From Angustibacter luteus (GTDB taxonomy: Bacteria > Actinomycetota > Actinomycetes > Actinomycetales > Angustibacteraceae): DNA of 64,000 nt. Of this stretch, positions 27,624 to 37,926 are shown one piece after another. The stretch is taken from contig NZ_BAABFP010000008.1 of NCBI RefSeq assembly GCF_039541115.1, positions 1 through 64,000 on the forward strand. The letters are read 5' to 3'. A model generated the notes under the pieces. It saw nothing but the letters and a program-made list of their open reading frames with translations. It had not been told where the DNA came from and did not search any database. Both the position numbers and the translations under genes were made by a program. Within the stretch, counting starts at the first letter, position 1. Every line of letters begins with the position of its first letter.

Positions 27624-28619
27624 TCAGCTGACGGCAGCCAGGGTGGACGGTCGGGTCGCCTGGGCGTAGACCGTGTCGCCGGGCTCGAGCCGCAGCTGGT
27701 CGCTGGCGCCGCGGGTGACCTGGGCGACGAAGCGCTGGCCGGTCCCGGCGTCCTCGAGCTCCACCCGCACCTCGAAGCCCAGCCGGACGACCCGCTCGAC
27801 CCGGGCGGCCACCACCCGCGCTGAGCCGGCCGGACCGGAGTCGGCGGCCAGCCGCTGCTGGTCACGGTCCAGCCGGATGTCGTGCGGGCGCACCAGGTCG
27901 TCGCCCAGACGCGACACCGAGCCCAGGAACGACATGACGAAGTCGTTGGCCGGGCGGTCGTACAGCTCCTCGGGGTCACCGACCTGCTCGATCCGGCCCT
28001 GGTTCAGCACCGCGATCCGGTCGGCCACGTCCAGGGCCTCCTCCTGGTCGTGGGTGACCAGGACGGTGGTCACCTTCACCTCGTTGTGCAGCCGGCGCAG
28101 CCACGCCCGCAGGTCGCCGCGCACCTTGGCGTCCAGCGCACCGAACGGCTCGTCGAGCAGCAGCACCTGCGGGTCCACGGCGAGCGCCCGGGCCAGCGCC
28201 ATCCGCTGGCGCTGCCCGCCGGACAGCTGCGCGGGGTAACGGTGCTGGAACCCGCCGAGGCCGACGATCTCGAGCAGGTCGTCGACCTTGCGGGCGATCT
28301 CGGGCTTGGGGCGCTTGCGGATCTTGAGACCGAAGGCAACGTTGTCGCGCACCGTCATGTGCTTGAACGCGGCGTAGTGCTGGAAGACGAAGCCGATGTC
28401 GCGCCGCTGCGGTGCGACCCGGGTGACGTCGCGGCCCATGATCGTGACGGTGCCGGCGTCCAGCTGCTCGAGGCCGGCGATGGAGCGCAGCAGGGTCGAC
28501 TTGCCCGAACCGCTCGGGCCGAGCAGCGCGGTCAGCGAGCCGTCCGGGATCTGCAGCGAGACGTCGTCCAGGGCGAGGAAGTCGCCGTAGCTCTTGCGGG
28601 CCGCGCTGACGGTGATCAT
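27624..28619 (-). CDS. cysA: Sulfate ABC transporter ATP-binding protein
   Basis: [31 protein letters not shown] and a TOBE-like C-terminus. Confidence 0.93.
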   Translation of the reverse strand: MITVSAARKSYGDFLALDDVSLQIPDGSLTALLGPSGSGKSTLLRSIAGLEQLDAGTVTIMGRDVTRVAPQRRDIGFVFQHYAAFKHMTVRDNVAFGLKIRKRPKPEIARKVDDLLEIVGLGGFQHRYPAQLSGGQRQRMALARALAVDPQVLLLDEPFGALDAKVRGDLRAWLRRLHNEVKVTTVLVTHDQEEALDVADRIAVLNQGRIEQVGDPEELYDRPANDFVMSFLGSVSRLGDDLVRPHDIRLDRDQQRLAADSGPAGSARVVAARVERVVRLGFEVRVELEDAGTGQRFVAQVTRGASDQLRLEPGDTVYAQATRPSTLAAVS

Positions 28620-29422
28620 CGGGTGCTCCTCTTGCGGTCCAGCAGGGTCATCAGGGCCAGCACGATGACGGCGATCGCCATCAGCAGGGTGGCGGCGCAG
28701 TACGCGCCGTAGGTGTTGTGGTCGTCGATGTAGCGCGAGTGCACCAGCAGGGTCAGCGTCTGGGAGACCCCGGGGAAGTTGGACGAGACCATGATCACGG
28801 CGCCGAACTCGCCCAGCGAGCGGGCCACGGTCAGCACGACGCCGTAGGTCAGGCCCCAGCGGATCGCGGGCAGGGTGATCCGCCAGAGGGTCTGCCAGCG
28901 CGACGCGCCCAGGGTCACCGCGGCCTGCTCCTGCTCGTCGCCGATCTCGTGCAGCACCGGCTCGACCTCGCGGACGACGAAGGGCAGGGTCACGAAGATG
29001 GTGGCCAGGACGAGCCCGGGGAAGCCGAAGATGACGCGCAGCCCGGTCTGCTCCACGGCGCCGAACCAGCCGTCGACCCCCCAGAGCAGGATCAGCGAGA
29101 CCCCGATGACGATGGGCGACACGGCGAACGGCAGGTCGACCACCGCCTGGACGAGGTTGCGGCCGGGGAAGCGCCCGCGGACCAGCGCGAGCGCCGTGGT
29201 CACGCCGAACACCACGTTGACGGGGACGACGATCGCGACGATGAGCAGGGAGAGGTGCAGGGCGGAGATGGCGGCCGGCGTGGAGATGGACTCCACGAAC
29301 GCGCCGATGCCGCGCTCGAAGGTGCGGTAGAGGATCAGCGCCAGCGGGACGACCACGAGCACGAACAGGTAGCCCAGCGCCACGGTGCGCAGCGTGAGGC
29401 GGGTACCGGTCGACGTCCTCAT
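28616..29422 (-). CDS. cysW: Sulfate ABC transporter permease
   Basis: [18 protein letters not shown] and [14 protein letters not shown] overlaps. Confidence 0.9.
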   Translation of the reverse strand: MRTSTGTRLTLRTVALGYLFVLVVVPLALILYRTFERGIGAFVESISTPAAISALHLSLLIVAIVVPVNVVFGVTTALALVRGRFPGRNLVQAVVDLPFAVSPIVIGVSLILLWGVDGWFGAVEQTGLRVIFGFPGLVLATIFVTLPFVVREVEPVLHEIGDEQEQAAVTLGASRWQTLWRITLPAIRWGLTYGVVLTVARSLGEFGAVIMVSSNFPGVSQTLTLLVHSRYIDDHNTYGAYCAATLLMAIAVIVLALMTLLDRKRSTR

Positions 29423-30312
29423 GCGGCCCGCTCCTGCCGACGGAGGCCGCGCCCGGCCAGCACCCGCAGCACGAACAGCGCCACGAACGCGATGAGCAGC
29501 AGCGCCACCGAGACCGCCGCCGCGTTCACCGGGCTGTCCACCTCGATCTGCTGCTGGATGTACTGCGAGGCGACCTGGGTGTGCCGCGGGATGTTGCCGC
29601 CGATCAGCACGACCGAGCCGTACTCGCCGATGGCCCGGGCGAAGGCCAGGCCCGCGCCGCTGGCGACGGCGGGCAGCAGGACGGGCAGGACGACCGTCCG
29701 GAAGATCGTCAGGTTGCTCGCGCCGAGCGAGGCGGCGGCCTGCTCGACGTCCCGGTCGGCCTCGATCAGCACGGGCTGCACCGACCGGACCACGAAGGGC
29801 AGGGTGACGAAGGCGAGCGCCACCAGGACGCCGGGCTGGGTGGCGTTGAGGTGGATGCCGACGGGACTCTGCGGGCCGTACAGCGACAGCAGCACGATGC
29901 TCGCCACGATGGTCGGCAGCGCGAACGGCAGGTCGATCAGGGCGTTGACCGCGCCCTTGCCGGGGAACTCGTCCCGCACCAGCACCCAGGCGATGAGGGT
30001 GCCCATGAACGCGTTCAGCACCGCGACGACGAGCGAGATGCCGACCGTCACCTTGAGTGCGGCCAGCGCGCTGGGTGCGGTGACGGCGTCCCACCAGCCC
30101 GAGAGACCGTTCTCGAACGACGTCACGGTGAGCGCGGCGAGCGGCAGCAGGACGATGACGCTGAGCCAGAGCGTCACCAGGCCGTAGCCCAGCGGGCCGA
30201 CCGCGCCCGTGATGCTCGCCCGGCCACCGCCGCCCCGACCATCGCGACCACGCCACCCCCGCCCGCTGGTCGCGGGCGGGGGCGTGGGCTCGGTGAGCAG
30301 GGCGCTGGTCAT
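29419..30312 (-). CDS. cysT: Sulfate ABC transporter permease
   Basis: [10 protein letters not shown] and [19 protein letters not shown]. Confidence 0.92.
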   Translation of the reverse strand: MTSALLTEPTPPPATSGRGWRGRDGRGGGGRASITGAVGPLGYGLVTLWLSVIVLLPLAALTVTSFENGLSGWWDAVTAPSALAALKVTVGISLVVAVLNAFMGTLIAWVLVRDEFPGKGAVNALIDLPFALPTIVASIVLLSLYGPQSPVGIHLNATQPGVLVALAFVTLPFVVRSVQPVLIEADRDVEQAAASLGASNLTIFRTVVLPVLLPAVASGAGLAFARAIGEYGSVVLIGGNIPRHTQVASQYIQQQIEVDSPVNAAAVSVALLLIAFVALFVLRVLAGRGLRRQERAA

Positions 30313-30317
30313 GGCGG

Positions 30318-31346
30318 CTACTGGGTGGCGGCGTCGTAGATCTTCGCCACGCTGCCCTTCTCCTTGTCGAACAGGGCCTTGTCGACGGACGGCCAGCCAC
30401 CGAGGTCGGCGATCGTCCACAGCTTGGTCGGGGCCGGGAAGTCCTTGGCGTACTCGCTGGCCACGGCCGGGTCGACGGGCCGGAAGCCGGCCTGCGCCCA
30501 CAGCTTCTGCGCCGCCGGGGTGAAGGTGTAGGCGACGAACGCCTTGGCCTTCGCCAGGTCCTTGCTCGTGTTCACCACCGCGATGGGGTTCTCGATCTTG
30601 AAGGTGGCCGGCGGGGTGACGTGCTCGACCTTCTCGCCGCTGCGCTCCAGGAACAGCGCCTCGTTCTCGTAGGTGAGCAGCGCGTCGCCGGTTCCCTGCA
30701 GGAACGCCTCGCTGGCCTCGCGGCCGGACTTCGGCTGGATCTTGACGTGGTCGCCGACGAGCTTGCCCAGGTAGTCCAGGCCGGCCTGGGCGTTCTGGCC
30801 GCCGTCGCTCTTGGCCGCGTACGGCGCGAGCAGGTTCCACTTCGCCGAGCCGGAGCTGAACGGGTTGGGGGTGACCACCTCGAGGCCGGGCTGCAGCAGG
30901 TCGTCCCAGTCCTTGATGCCCTGGGGGTTGCCCTTGCGGACGACGACGGTGACCACCGAGCCGAACGGGACGCCCTTGTACTGGTTGGCGTTCCAGTCCT
31001 TGTCGACGAGGCCGGCGTCGACCAGGCGGGTGACGTCCGGCTCGACGGAGAAGTTGACGACGTCGGCCTCCGCGCCCGCAGCGACCTTGCGAGACTGGTC
31101 GCCGGACGCGCCGTAGGACTGCTGGAACGCGATGCCCTTCCCGTCCGCGGTGGCGTTGAAGCCCGGGATGATCTTGTCGAAGCCCGGCTTGGGCACCGCG
31201 TACGCGTACAGGCTCAGCGTGCCGACGCTCTTGCCACCGGCCTGGTTGCCGGCGCCGGCGACGTCGCTGGAGCCACCCCCACAGGCCGCGAGCACGGCAG
31301 CTGCCACCCCCGTAGCGGCGATCAGGGCAAGGCGGGGGCGGTTCAT
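30318..31346 (-). CDS. sbp: Sulfate-binding lipoprotein
   Basis: Lipobox LAAC, QSYGASGDQSR, TPNPFSSGSAKWN and YENEA. Confidence 0.93.
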   Translation of the reverse strand: MNRPRLALIAATGVAAAVLAACGGGSSDVAGAGNQAGGKSVGTLSLYAYAVPKPGFDKIIPGFNATADGKGIAFQQSYGASGDQSRKVAAGAEADVVNFSVEPDVTRLVDAGLVDKDWNANQYKGVPFGSVVTVVVRKGNPQGIKDWDDLLQPGLEVVTPNPFSSGSAKWNLLAPYAAKSDGGQNAQAGLDYLGKLVGDHVKIQPKSGREASEAFLQGTGDALLTYENEALFLERSGEKVEHVTPPATFKIENPIAVVNTSKDLAKAKAFVAYTFTPAAQKLWAQAGFRPVDPAVASEYAKDFPAPTKLWTIADLGGWPSVDKALFDKEKGSVAKIYDAATQ

Positions 31347-31367
31347 CCGGTGGGGTCCCTTCGCAGT

Positions 31368-31390
31368 AAGTCGAGCACCTTGCTCGACTT
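31368..31390. promoter_or_regulatory. Inverted repeat AAGTCGAGCA-CCT-TGCTCGACTT, candidate Rrf2 operator
   Basis: Perfect 10-bp arms, 21 bp upstream of sbp and next to an Rrf2 gene. Confidence 0.5.
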
Positions 31391-31498
31391 CCTACGGTTC
31401 CCAATCCCCTGCCAGGTCACAACCCCTGTCGCCTACGTCTCACCCACCGGACACCTGTCTCACCAGCCGTGCACGTGGTGTTCACCTCCGGACCGCGG

Positions 31499-31918
31499 TC
31501 AGGGCGCCAGGTCCGCGATCGTCGTCCCGTCCAGGACCTCGCGCTCCGCCGCGCGCAGGCGCAGCCAGAGCTGCTGCACCGCCGCACCGCTGTCCGGGTA
31601 GGCGAGGTTCTCCGGTCGGAGCCCGCGCACCAGCGCCAGCGGCCCGTCGATGGCGCGGATCACCTCGGCCACGGTGATCTGCGCCGCCGGACGGGCCAGC
31701 CGGTGCCCGCCGTCCTGCCCGCGCCGGCTGTCCAGCAACCCGCCGCGGCGCAGGTCCCGCAGGATCGTGTCCAGGAACTGGGCCGGGATCGCCTGTGCCG
31801 CAGCGATGTCGTCCGCCTTCGTCCACCCGCCGCTCGGCTCGCCCGCGCCGTCACCCTGCTGGGTGGCCAGCACCACGCAGGCCCGGACGGCGTAGTCGAC
31901 CCGAGCGGACAGTCGCAT
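31499..31918 (-). CDS. Rrf2 family transcriptional regulator
   Basis: MRLSARVDYAVRA, SRRGQDGG and IRAIDGPL. No Fe-S Cys triad. Confidence 0.92.
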   Translation of the reverse strand: MRLSARVDYAVRACVVLATQQGDGAGEPSGGWTKADDIAAAQAIPAQFLDTILRDLRRGGLLDSRRGQDGGHRLARPAAQITVAEVIRAIDGPLALVRGLRPENLAYPDSGAAVQQLWLRLRAAEREVLDGTTIADLAP

Positions 31919-31930
31919 CGACGCCGCGGC

Positions 31931-32908
31931 TCAGACGTTGCCGTCGAACAGGCTGGTCACCGAGCCGTCGTCGAACACCTCGCGGATCGCCCGGGCGACC
32001 AGTGGGGCGATGGAGAGCACGGTGAGCTGGTCGAACTGGCGCTCCTCGGGGATCGGCAGCGTGTTGGTCACGATGACCTCGCTGATCCGGCTGTTCTTCA
32101 GCCGGTCCACCGCGGGGCCCGACAGGACGGCGTGCGTGGCGGTGACGATGACGTCGGCCGCCCCGCTGTCGAACAGCGCGTCGGCGGCCTGGCAGATGGT
32201 GCCGGCGGTGTCGATCATGTCGTCGACCAGCACGCAGGTGCGGCCCTGCACGTCACCGACGACCTCGTGCACCTTCACCTGGTTCGGCACGTTCGGGTCG
32301 CGGCGCTTGTGGATGATCGCCAGCGGCGCGCCCAGCTTGTCCGACCACTGGTCCGCCACCCGGACCCGGCCGGCGTCCGGGGACACGATGGTCAGGCTCG
32401 AGCGGTCCACCCGCGAGCCGACGTACCCGGCGAGCAGCGGCAGTGCCCACAGGTGGTCGACCGGGCCGTCGAAGTAGCCCTGGATCTGCGCGGCGTGCAG
32501 GTCGACGCAGATCAGCCGGTCCGCACCGGCCGCCTTGAACAGGTCGGCCATCAGCCGCGCCGAGATCGGCTCGCGGCCCCGGTGCTTCTTGTCCTGCCGG
32601 GCGTAGCCGTAGAACGGCATCACGCAGCTGATCCGCTTGGCCGAGGCGCGCTTGAGCGCGTCGGTCATGATCAGCTGCTCCATGACCCACTGGTTGATGG
32701 GCGCGGTGTGGCTCTGGATCACGAACGCGTCGCAGCCGCGCAGGCTCTCCTGGAAGCGCACGTAGATCTCGCCGTTGGCGAAGTCGTACGCCGTGGTGTC
32801 GACGAGCTCGACCCCCAGCTCACGCGCCACCTCCTGGGCCAGCTCGGGATAGCCGCGGCCGCTGATCAGCACGAGGCGCTTCTCGCCCGTGGTGGTGATG
32901 CCCGTCAT
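31931..32908 (-). CDS. prs: Ribose-phosphate pyrophosphokinase
   Basis: [24 protein letters not shown] and [10 protein letters not shown]. Confidence 0.98.
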   Translation of the reverse strand: MTGITTTGEKRLVLISGRGYPELAQEVARELGVELVDTTAYDFANGEIYVRFQESLRGCDAFVIQSHTAPINQWVMEQLIMTDALKRASAKRISCVMPFYGYARQDKKHRGREPISARLMADLFKAAGADRLICVDLHAAQIQGYFDGPVDHLWALPLLAGYVGSRVDRSSLTIVSPDAGRVRVADQWSDKLGAPLAIIHKRRDPNVPNQVKVHEVVGDVQGRTCVLVDDMIDTAGTICQAADALFDSGAADVIVTATHAVLSGPAVDRLKNSRISEVIVTNTLPIPEERQFDQLTVLSIAPLVARAIREVFDDGSVTSLFDGNV

Positions 32909-34383
32909 GCCGGGGCGTTCCCTTCGGTGGTGGTGAGGTCGTCCTGGCTGGGGTCCTGCTCGCCCAAGGCCTTCGCGGCCGCCTCGGCCGACGGGGTGCC
33001 GGGCCGCTTGCGCAGCGTCCAGCCCTCGACGTTGCGCTGCGGCGCGACGTTCAGCGCCAGGGCGCCCGGCGGCACGTCCTTGCGGATCACGGTGCCGGCG
33101 CCGCTGTACGCGCCGTCGCCCACGGTGACCGGCGCGACGAACATGTTGTCCGAACCGGTGCGGCAGTGGTCGCCGACCGTGGTGCGCGACTTCGTCACCC
33201 CGTCGTAGTTCACGAACACCGAGGCGGCACCGATGTTGGAGTGCTCGCCGATCGTGGCGTCCCCGACGTACGACAGGTGCGGCACCTTGGAGCCCGTGCC
33301 GATCTGCGCGTTCTTGGTCTCCACGAAGGTGCCGATCTTGCCCCGGTCGCCCAGCGCCGTCCCCGGCCGCAGGTAGGCGAACGGTCCGACCGAGGCACCG
33401 TCCCCGATCACCGAGCTGCTGCCGTGCGTGCGGACCACGGTGGCGCCCTCGCCCACCCGGACGTCGGTCAGCGTGCTGTCCGGCCCGATCGTCGCGCCGG
33501 TGGCGACCGTGGTCTCGCCGTGCAGCTGGGTGCCGGGCAGCAGCCGGACGTCGCGGGCGAGCTGCACCTGGACGTCGACCCAGGTGCTGGCCGGGTCGAC
33601 CACGGTGACGCCGGCCCGCATCCAGCCCTGCACGACGCGGCGGTTCAGCTCGGCGCCCACCTCGGCGAGCTGGACCCGGTCGTTGACGCCCTCGGTCTGC
33701 CACACGTCGTCCAGCGGGTGCGCGCTGACCCGGCGTCCGGCGTCCCGCGCGATCGCCACGACGTCGGTCAGGTACTTCTCGCCCTGGGCGTTGTCGGTGG
33801 TGACCTGCGCGAGCGCCACGCGCAGCACCTGCGCGTCGAAGGCGTAGATGCCGGAGTTGATCTCACGGATGGCGGCGGTCGCCTCGTCGGCGTCCTTGAG
33901 CTCGACGACTGCCAGCACGCTGCCGTCCCGGTCGCGGACCACCCGACCGTAGGCCTTCGGGTCGTCCAGCACCGAGGTCAGGATCGTCACCGCGCTCTCG
34001 CTGGCGTGGTGCGCGGCGACCAGCTCGCGGAGCGTCTCGGCGGCCAGCAGCGGGACGTCGCCGTAGGTGACCACGACGGTGCCGGTCAGCGCCGGCAGGG
34101 CGTCCAGCCCGCACTCGACGGCGCGGCCGGTGCCCTTGACGTCGTCCTGGTCGGCGACCACGGCGTGCGGGGCCACCTGGAGCACGTGCTCCGCCACCTG
34201 GTCCCGGCCGTGCCGGACCACCACGGCGAGGTGCTCCGGGTCGACCGCCCGGGCCGCCGCGAGCGCGTGCCCGAGCAGCGAACGCCCCCCGATCTCGTGC
34301 AGGACCTTCGGCAGGGCCGACTTCATGCGGGTTCCCTCACCTGCCGCGAGGACGACGACGGCGGCCGGGCGCTGATCTGGCAC
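32905..34383 (-). CDS. glmU: Bifunctional UDP-GlcNAc pyrophosphorylase / glucosamine-1-P acetyltransferase
   Basis: [11 protein letters not shown]...KVLH, hexapeptide repeats and HLSYVGDA. Confidence 0.98.
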   Translation of the reverse strand: MPDQRPAAVVVLAAGEGTRMKSALPKVLHEIGGRSLLGHALAAARAVDPEHLAVVVRHGRDQVAEHVLQVAPHAVVADQDDVKGTGRAVECGLDALPALTGTVVVTYGDVPLLAAETLRELVAAHHASESAVTILTSVLDDPKAYGRVVRDRDGSVLAVVELKDADEATAAIREINSGIYAFDAQVLRVALAQVTTDNAQGEKYLTDVVAIARDAGRRVSAHPLDDVWQTEGVNDRVQLAEVGAELNRRVVQGWMRAGVTVVDPASTWVDVQVQLARDVRLLPGTQLHGETTVATGATIGPDSTLTDVRVGEGATVVRTHGSSSVIGDGASVGPFAYLRPGTALGDRGKIGTFVETKNAQIGTGSKVPHLSYVGDATIGEHSNIGAASVFVNYDGVTKSRTTVGDHCRTGSDNMFVAPVTVGDGAYSGAGTVIRKDVPPGALALNVAPQRNVEGWTLRKRPGTPSAEAAAKALGEQDPSQDDLTTTEGNAPA

Positions 34384-34413
34384 CTGCGCATGCTACCCGC
34401 GAGTCGCTTCGAC

Positions 34414-34488
34414 TGGCTCCGCCCCCACGATTCGAACGTGGACTGCAAGGCTCCAAAGGCCTGCGTGCTGCCGTTACACCAGGGCGGA
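34414..34488 (-). tRNA. tRNA-Gln(TTG)
   Basis: TCCGCCC...CT-TTG-GA...CCACG-TTCGAAT-CGTGG-GGGCGGA-G-CCA cloverleaf at the usual position beside glmU. Confidence 0.96.
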
Positions 34489-34549
34489 CCGGCGCGGGAC
34501 GGGCCCACGCGGACGCTCCATACTGCCAGCGACGGGCATGATGGGGGCC

Positions 34550-35200
34550 ATGACCCCTTCCGACGCACGCCCGGGCGCCCCCTCGGGGCGGCGGGCCCGG
34601 ATGACCGGACCGCAGCGCCGCGAGCAGCTGCTGGACGTCGGTCGCCGGCTGTTCGCCGAGAAGGGCTTCGAGGGCACCAGCGTCGAGGAGATCGCGTCGC
34701 GCGCCGAGGTGTCCAAGCCGGTGGTGTACGAGCACTTCGGGGGCAAGGAGGGGCTCTACGCCGTCGTCGTCGACCGCGAGATCCGGCTGCTGCTCGACGA
34801 GATCACCGGGGCGCTTTCCGCCGGCAGCTCGCGCATGCTGGTCGAGCAGGCCGCGCTCGCGCTCCTCGGGTACATCGAGGAGTCCGCGGACGGCTTCCGG
34901 ATCCTGGTCCGCGACTCCCCCGTCGCACAGGCCTCGGGGTCGTTCTCCAGCCTGATCAGCGACGTCGCCACCCAGGTCGAGCACCTGCTGGCCGACGAGT
35001 TCAAGCGACGGAAGCTGGACCCGAAGAACGCGCCCATGTACGCCCAGATGCTGGTCGGCATGGTCGCCCTCACCGGGCAGTGGTGGCTGGACGCCCGCAA
35101 ACCCCAGCGTTCCGAGGTCGCCGCGCACCTGGTGAACCTGGCCTGGAACGGGCTGTCCGGCCTCGAGGCGAAGCCCACGCTGAGCAGCACCGACTCCTAG
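34550..35200 (+). CDS. TetR/AcrR family regulator
   Basis: RMTGPQRREQLL...VSKPVVYEHFGGKEGLY. Start could also be 34538 or 34541. Confidence 0.93.
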   Translation: MTPSDARPGAPSGRRARMTGPQRREQLLDVGRRLFAEKGFEGTSVEEIASRAEVSKPVVYEHFGGKEGLYAVVVDREIRLLLDEITGALSAGSSRMLVEQAALALLGYIEESADGFRILVRDSPVAQASGSFSSLISDVATQVEHLLADEFKRRKLDPKNAPMYAQMLVGMVALTGQWWLDARKPQRSEVAAHLVNLAWNGLSGLEAKPTLSSTDS

Positions 35201-35223
35201 GCCCGCTCGTCCAACAGGCCCGG

Positions 35224-35592
35224 TCAGGCTTGCTGGAGCTCGATCCGGTTGCCGACGCCGTCCTGGGTGTGGAAGCGCCGCAGCCCGGGGATCTGCTCGT
35301 CCCAGAGCACGGGCAGCCCGGCGGCGGCCACCCGCTCGGCCAGCGCGTCGACGTCCGAGACCGCGATGCCCGGGTGCGCCTTCAGCGCGGGGGTGAACCC
35401 GTCCTCGACGCCGCAGTGCAGCTCGCACGAGCCGGCGCGGAACCAGACCCCGCCCCGCGCGGCCAGGGCGGCCGGCTTGGGCACCTCGCTCATGCCCAGG
35501 ACGCCGGAGTAGAAGGAGCGCTGGGCGTCCTCGCTGCCGGCCGGGCAGGAGACCTGCACGTGGTGCAGGCCCACGACCAGCGGCTCGCTCAT
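35224..35592 (-). CDS. VOC/glyoxalase family protein
   Basis: LHHVQV, FYSGVLG and DGVGNRIEL. ATGA overlap with tam. Confidence 0.88.
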   Translation of the reverse strand: MSEPLVVGLHHVQVSCPAGSEDAQRSFYSGVLGMSEVPKPAALAARGGVWFRAGSCELHCGVEDGFTPALKAHPGIAVSDVDALAERVAAAGLPVLWDEQIPGLRRFHTQDGVGNRIELQQA

Positions 35593-36422
35593 GCGGCACC
35601 CCCCGTCGGCGGCTCGGCGCGGCGGGCGACGCAGAACACCCGCCGGAACGGCAGCGCCGTCCCCCACGGACGGCGCGGGTACGCCGCCCGCAGCCGCCCG
35701 GCGTACTCGTCGAGGAACGCCTGGCGCAGCTCGGGCTGCTCCTGCAGCGCGTCCATCACCGGACGCAGGCCGGTGCCGCTCACCCACGCCAGCACCGCGT
35801 CGTCGCCGAACTCGCCGGCCGGGTCCAGCACGTGCACGTACGTGGTCTCCCAGGCGTCGACGGCGCACCCGGCGTCGGCCAGCAGCGCGGCGTACGTCGT
35901 CGGCTGGCCGACCGCCTCGCCGTGCCGCAGCGCTCCCTCGACGTGGGCCGCGAACTGCGGCTGGGCCGCGACCTCACGCATCAGGGTGTGCGACGGCGAG
36001 TCGAAGTTGCCGGGCACCTGGAGCGCGAGCCAGCCGCCCGGAGCGAGCCCGGACACCCACTGCCTCAGCAGCTGTAGGTGACCGGGGACCCACTGCAGCG
36101 TCGCGTTCGTGACCAGGACGTCCACCGGGTGCTCGGGCTGCCAGTCGGCCACGTCCCCGAGCTCGAACCGCAGCCGGCCCGCGACGTCCGCGCGCCCGAC
36201 CTGGTCCTGCGCGCGGGACAGCATCTCCGGCGAGGAGTCGACGCCGAGCACCTCGGCGGCCGGCCAGCGCCGGGCGAGCGAGGCGGTCAGGTCACCGGGA
36301 CCGCAGCCCAGGTCGACCACCCGGCGCGGCGCGCCGGCTCCGACCCGGGCGAGCAGGTCGGCGAACGGCCGCGACCGCTCGGAGGCGAACCGCGCGTAGA
36401 CCGACGGGTCCCAGCTGACCAT
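35589..36422 (-). CDS. tam: Trans-aconitate 2-methyltransferase
   Basis: WDPSVY...ERSRPF, VDLGCGPG, NATLQWVP and LPFRRVF. Confidence 0.93.
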   Translation of the reverse strand: MVSWDPSVYARFASERSRPFADLLARVGAGAPRRVVDLGCGPGDLTASLARRWPAAEVLGVDSSPEMLSRAQDQVGRADVAGRLRFELGDVADWQPEHPVDVLVTNATLQWVPGHLQLLRQWVSGLAPGGWLALQVPGNFDSPSHTLMREVAAQPQFAAHVEGALRHGEAVGQPTTYAALLADAGCAVDAWETTYVHVLDPAGEFGDDAVLAWVSGTGLRPVMDALQEQPELRQAFLDEYAGRLRAAYPRRPWGTALPFRRVFCVARRAEPPTGGAA

Positions 36423-36477
36423 GAGCGCTCCTCGGGTGGGCTGCGGGCTCGACGGCCCCAGCCTGACAGGCGCAGTA

Positions 36478-36514
36478 TCTTGACGTCAAGAGACTTTGTT
36501 TCTCGATGTCGAGA
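36478..36514. promoter_or_regulatory. Two TamR/UrtR-type palindromes (TCTTGACGTCAAGA; TCTCGATGTCGAGA)
   Basis: One perfect and one near-perfect 14-bp palindrome between divergent tam and MarR genes. Confidence 0.75.
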
Positions 36515-36540
36515 TGCTTGATGGACCTAGGATGACGAGC

Positions 36541-37047
36541 GTGAGCACCCCCGGGCCCGGCGACGAGGTCGACCGCATCGTCGCCGCCTGGCAGCGCGAG
36601 CGCCCGGACCTGGACGTCGAGCCGCTCGAGGTGCTGTCCCGCGTCTCGCGCCTGGCCCGGCACCTGGACCGCGCCCGCAGCGCCGCCTTCGCCGAGCACG
36701 ACCTCGAGAGCTGGGAGTTCGACGTGCTGTCGGCGCTGCGCCGAGCCGGTGCGCCGTACGAGCTGTCCCCCGGCCAGCTGGTCACCCAGACCCTGGTGAC
36801 CAGCGGCACCATGACCAACCGGGTGGACCGGCTCACCGCCCGCGGGCTGGTGCAGCGCCTACCGGACCCGCGGGACCGGCGCGGCGTGATCGTCCGGCTG
36901 ACCCCGGCCGGCCGGGCCACCGTGGACGACGCGTTCGCCGGGCTGCTGGCCCGCGAGCACGACCTGCTGGCCGAGCTCGACGCCACGGATCGCCAGGAGC
37001 TCGCGGGGCTGCTCCGCCGGCTCGTGCTCCCCTTCGACTCCCGCTGA
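36541..37047 (+). CDS. tamR: MarR family regulator (TamR/UrtR-like)
   Basis: DEVDRIVAAWQRERPDLD, WEFDVLSALRR and TSGTMTNRVDRL. Divergent from tam. Start is GTG 36541 (leaderless) or ATG 36532. Confidence 0.85.
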   Translation: MSTPGPGDEVDRIVAAWQRERPDLDVEPLEVLSRVSRLARHLDRARSAAFAEHDLESWEFDVLSALRRAGAPYELSPGQLVTQTLVTSGTMTNRVDRLTARGLVQRLPDPRDRRGVIVRLTPAGRATVDDAFAGLLAREHDLLAELDATDRQELAGLLRRLVLPFDSR

Positions 37048-37050
37048 GCG

Positions 37051-37821
37051 CTAGACCGGCTTCGCGTGCTCGACGGCCGCCGGGGTGAACGAGCCCTGGC
37101 GCAGCACCGGGACGACGTCCGAGGCGTCCAGCTGACCGGCGAGCTCGACGTCCTGCGCGAAGCCGCGCTCGATCAGCTCGCGACCGGACGGCGTGCCCGC
37201 CAACGGCTGACGGTGCTCGAACGCCAGCGCGGCGACCGCAGCCTCGGGCGACAGCTCGATGCCCGGCGCCGCCGTCCGCAGCCCGGCGATCACCGCACCC
37301 GCGCCGACGTGGTCCTCGTAGGCGACCCGCAGCGAGCCGTCGCCCCAGCGCTCACCGGCCGGCACGACCGCGACCCGCAGCGGGGCGGACCCGGCCAGCG
37401 AGCGCTCCCGCACCTCGTGGGCCACCCGCTGCGCGACGGCCGACGCGTTGCGCAGGCAGCCGACCAGGACGAGCGCCGGCGAGCTCATCAGCACGTGCGA
37501 GATCGAGGACCCGTTCGGCGACGGGAGCACGAGACGGGTGCCTTCGGGCAGGTCCAGCAGCGACGCCGGTGACAGCGACGGGCCGGAGGTGTGCGAGCGG
37601 GTCCCGGCCAGCAGCGCCTCCAGCGAGCGGGCCAGCTCGTGCGCCTGCTCCCCACCGGGGTGCGGCCACACCCGCGCGCCGCGCTCCAGCGCGACGGTGA
37701 CCGAGGTGGAGAACGACAGGACGTCGACCACGACCACCACGTCGGCACGCTCGGCGCCCTCGGTGAACCGGCGAGCGCCCGAGACGCCCCACTCGACGTC
37801 GATCCGCGCGGTGGTCGTCAC
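37051..37821 (-). CDS. 2-phosphosulfolactate phosphatase (ComB)-like protein
   Basis: VVVDVLSFST, SPNGS, GCLRNA and AGERW...ED motifs. Confidence 0.85.
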   Translation of the reverse strand: MTTTARIDVEWGVSGARRFTEGAERADVVVVVDVLSFSTSVTVALERGARVWPHPGGEQAHELARSLEALLAGTRSHTSGPSLSPASLLDLPEGTRLVLPSPNGSSISHVLMSSPALVLVGCLRNASAVAQRVAHEVRERSLAGSAPLRVAVVPAGERWGDGSLRVAYEDHVGAGAVIAGLRTAAPGIELSPEAAVAALAFEHRQPLAGTPSGRELIERGFAQDVELAGQLDASDVVPVLRQGSFTPAAVEHAKPV

Positions 37822-37926
37822 GAGCCGGGAGCCTACCGTCGCACGGGGTCCGCCGTGCCCGGGAGCGCAGAACCGCTTCGTCGCCGACGGGTCGGACGAC
37901 GTCACCCCCGGACGGGTCGGCCGACG

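Noticed and set aside
34414..34488. C:U mismatch at the top of the tRNA-Gln anticodon stem as a sign of a pseudo-tRNA
   Set aside because: The rest of the cloverleaf, the CCA end and the synteny are normal. One terminal mismatch is tolerated.
37051..37821. Coenzyme M biosynthesis inferred from the ComB-like gene
   Set aside because: No other com genes are nearby, and stand-alone ComB-like phosphatases are widespread.
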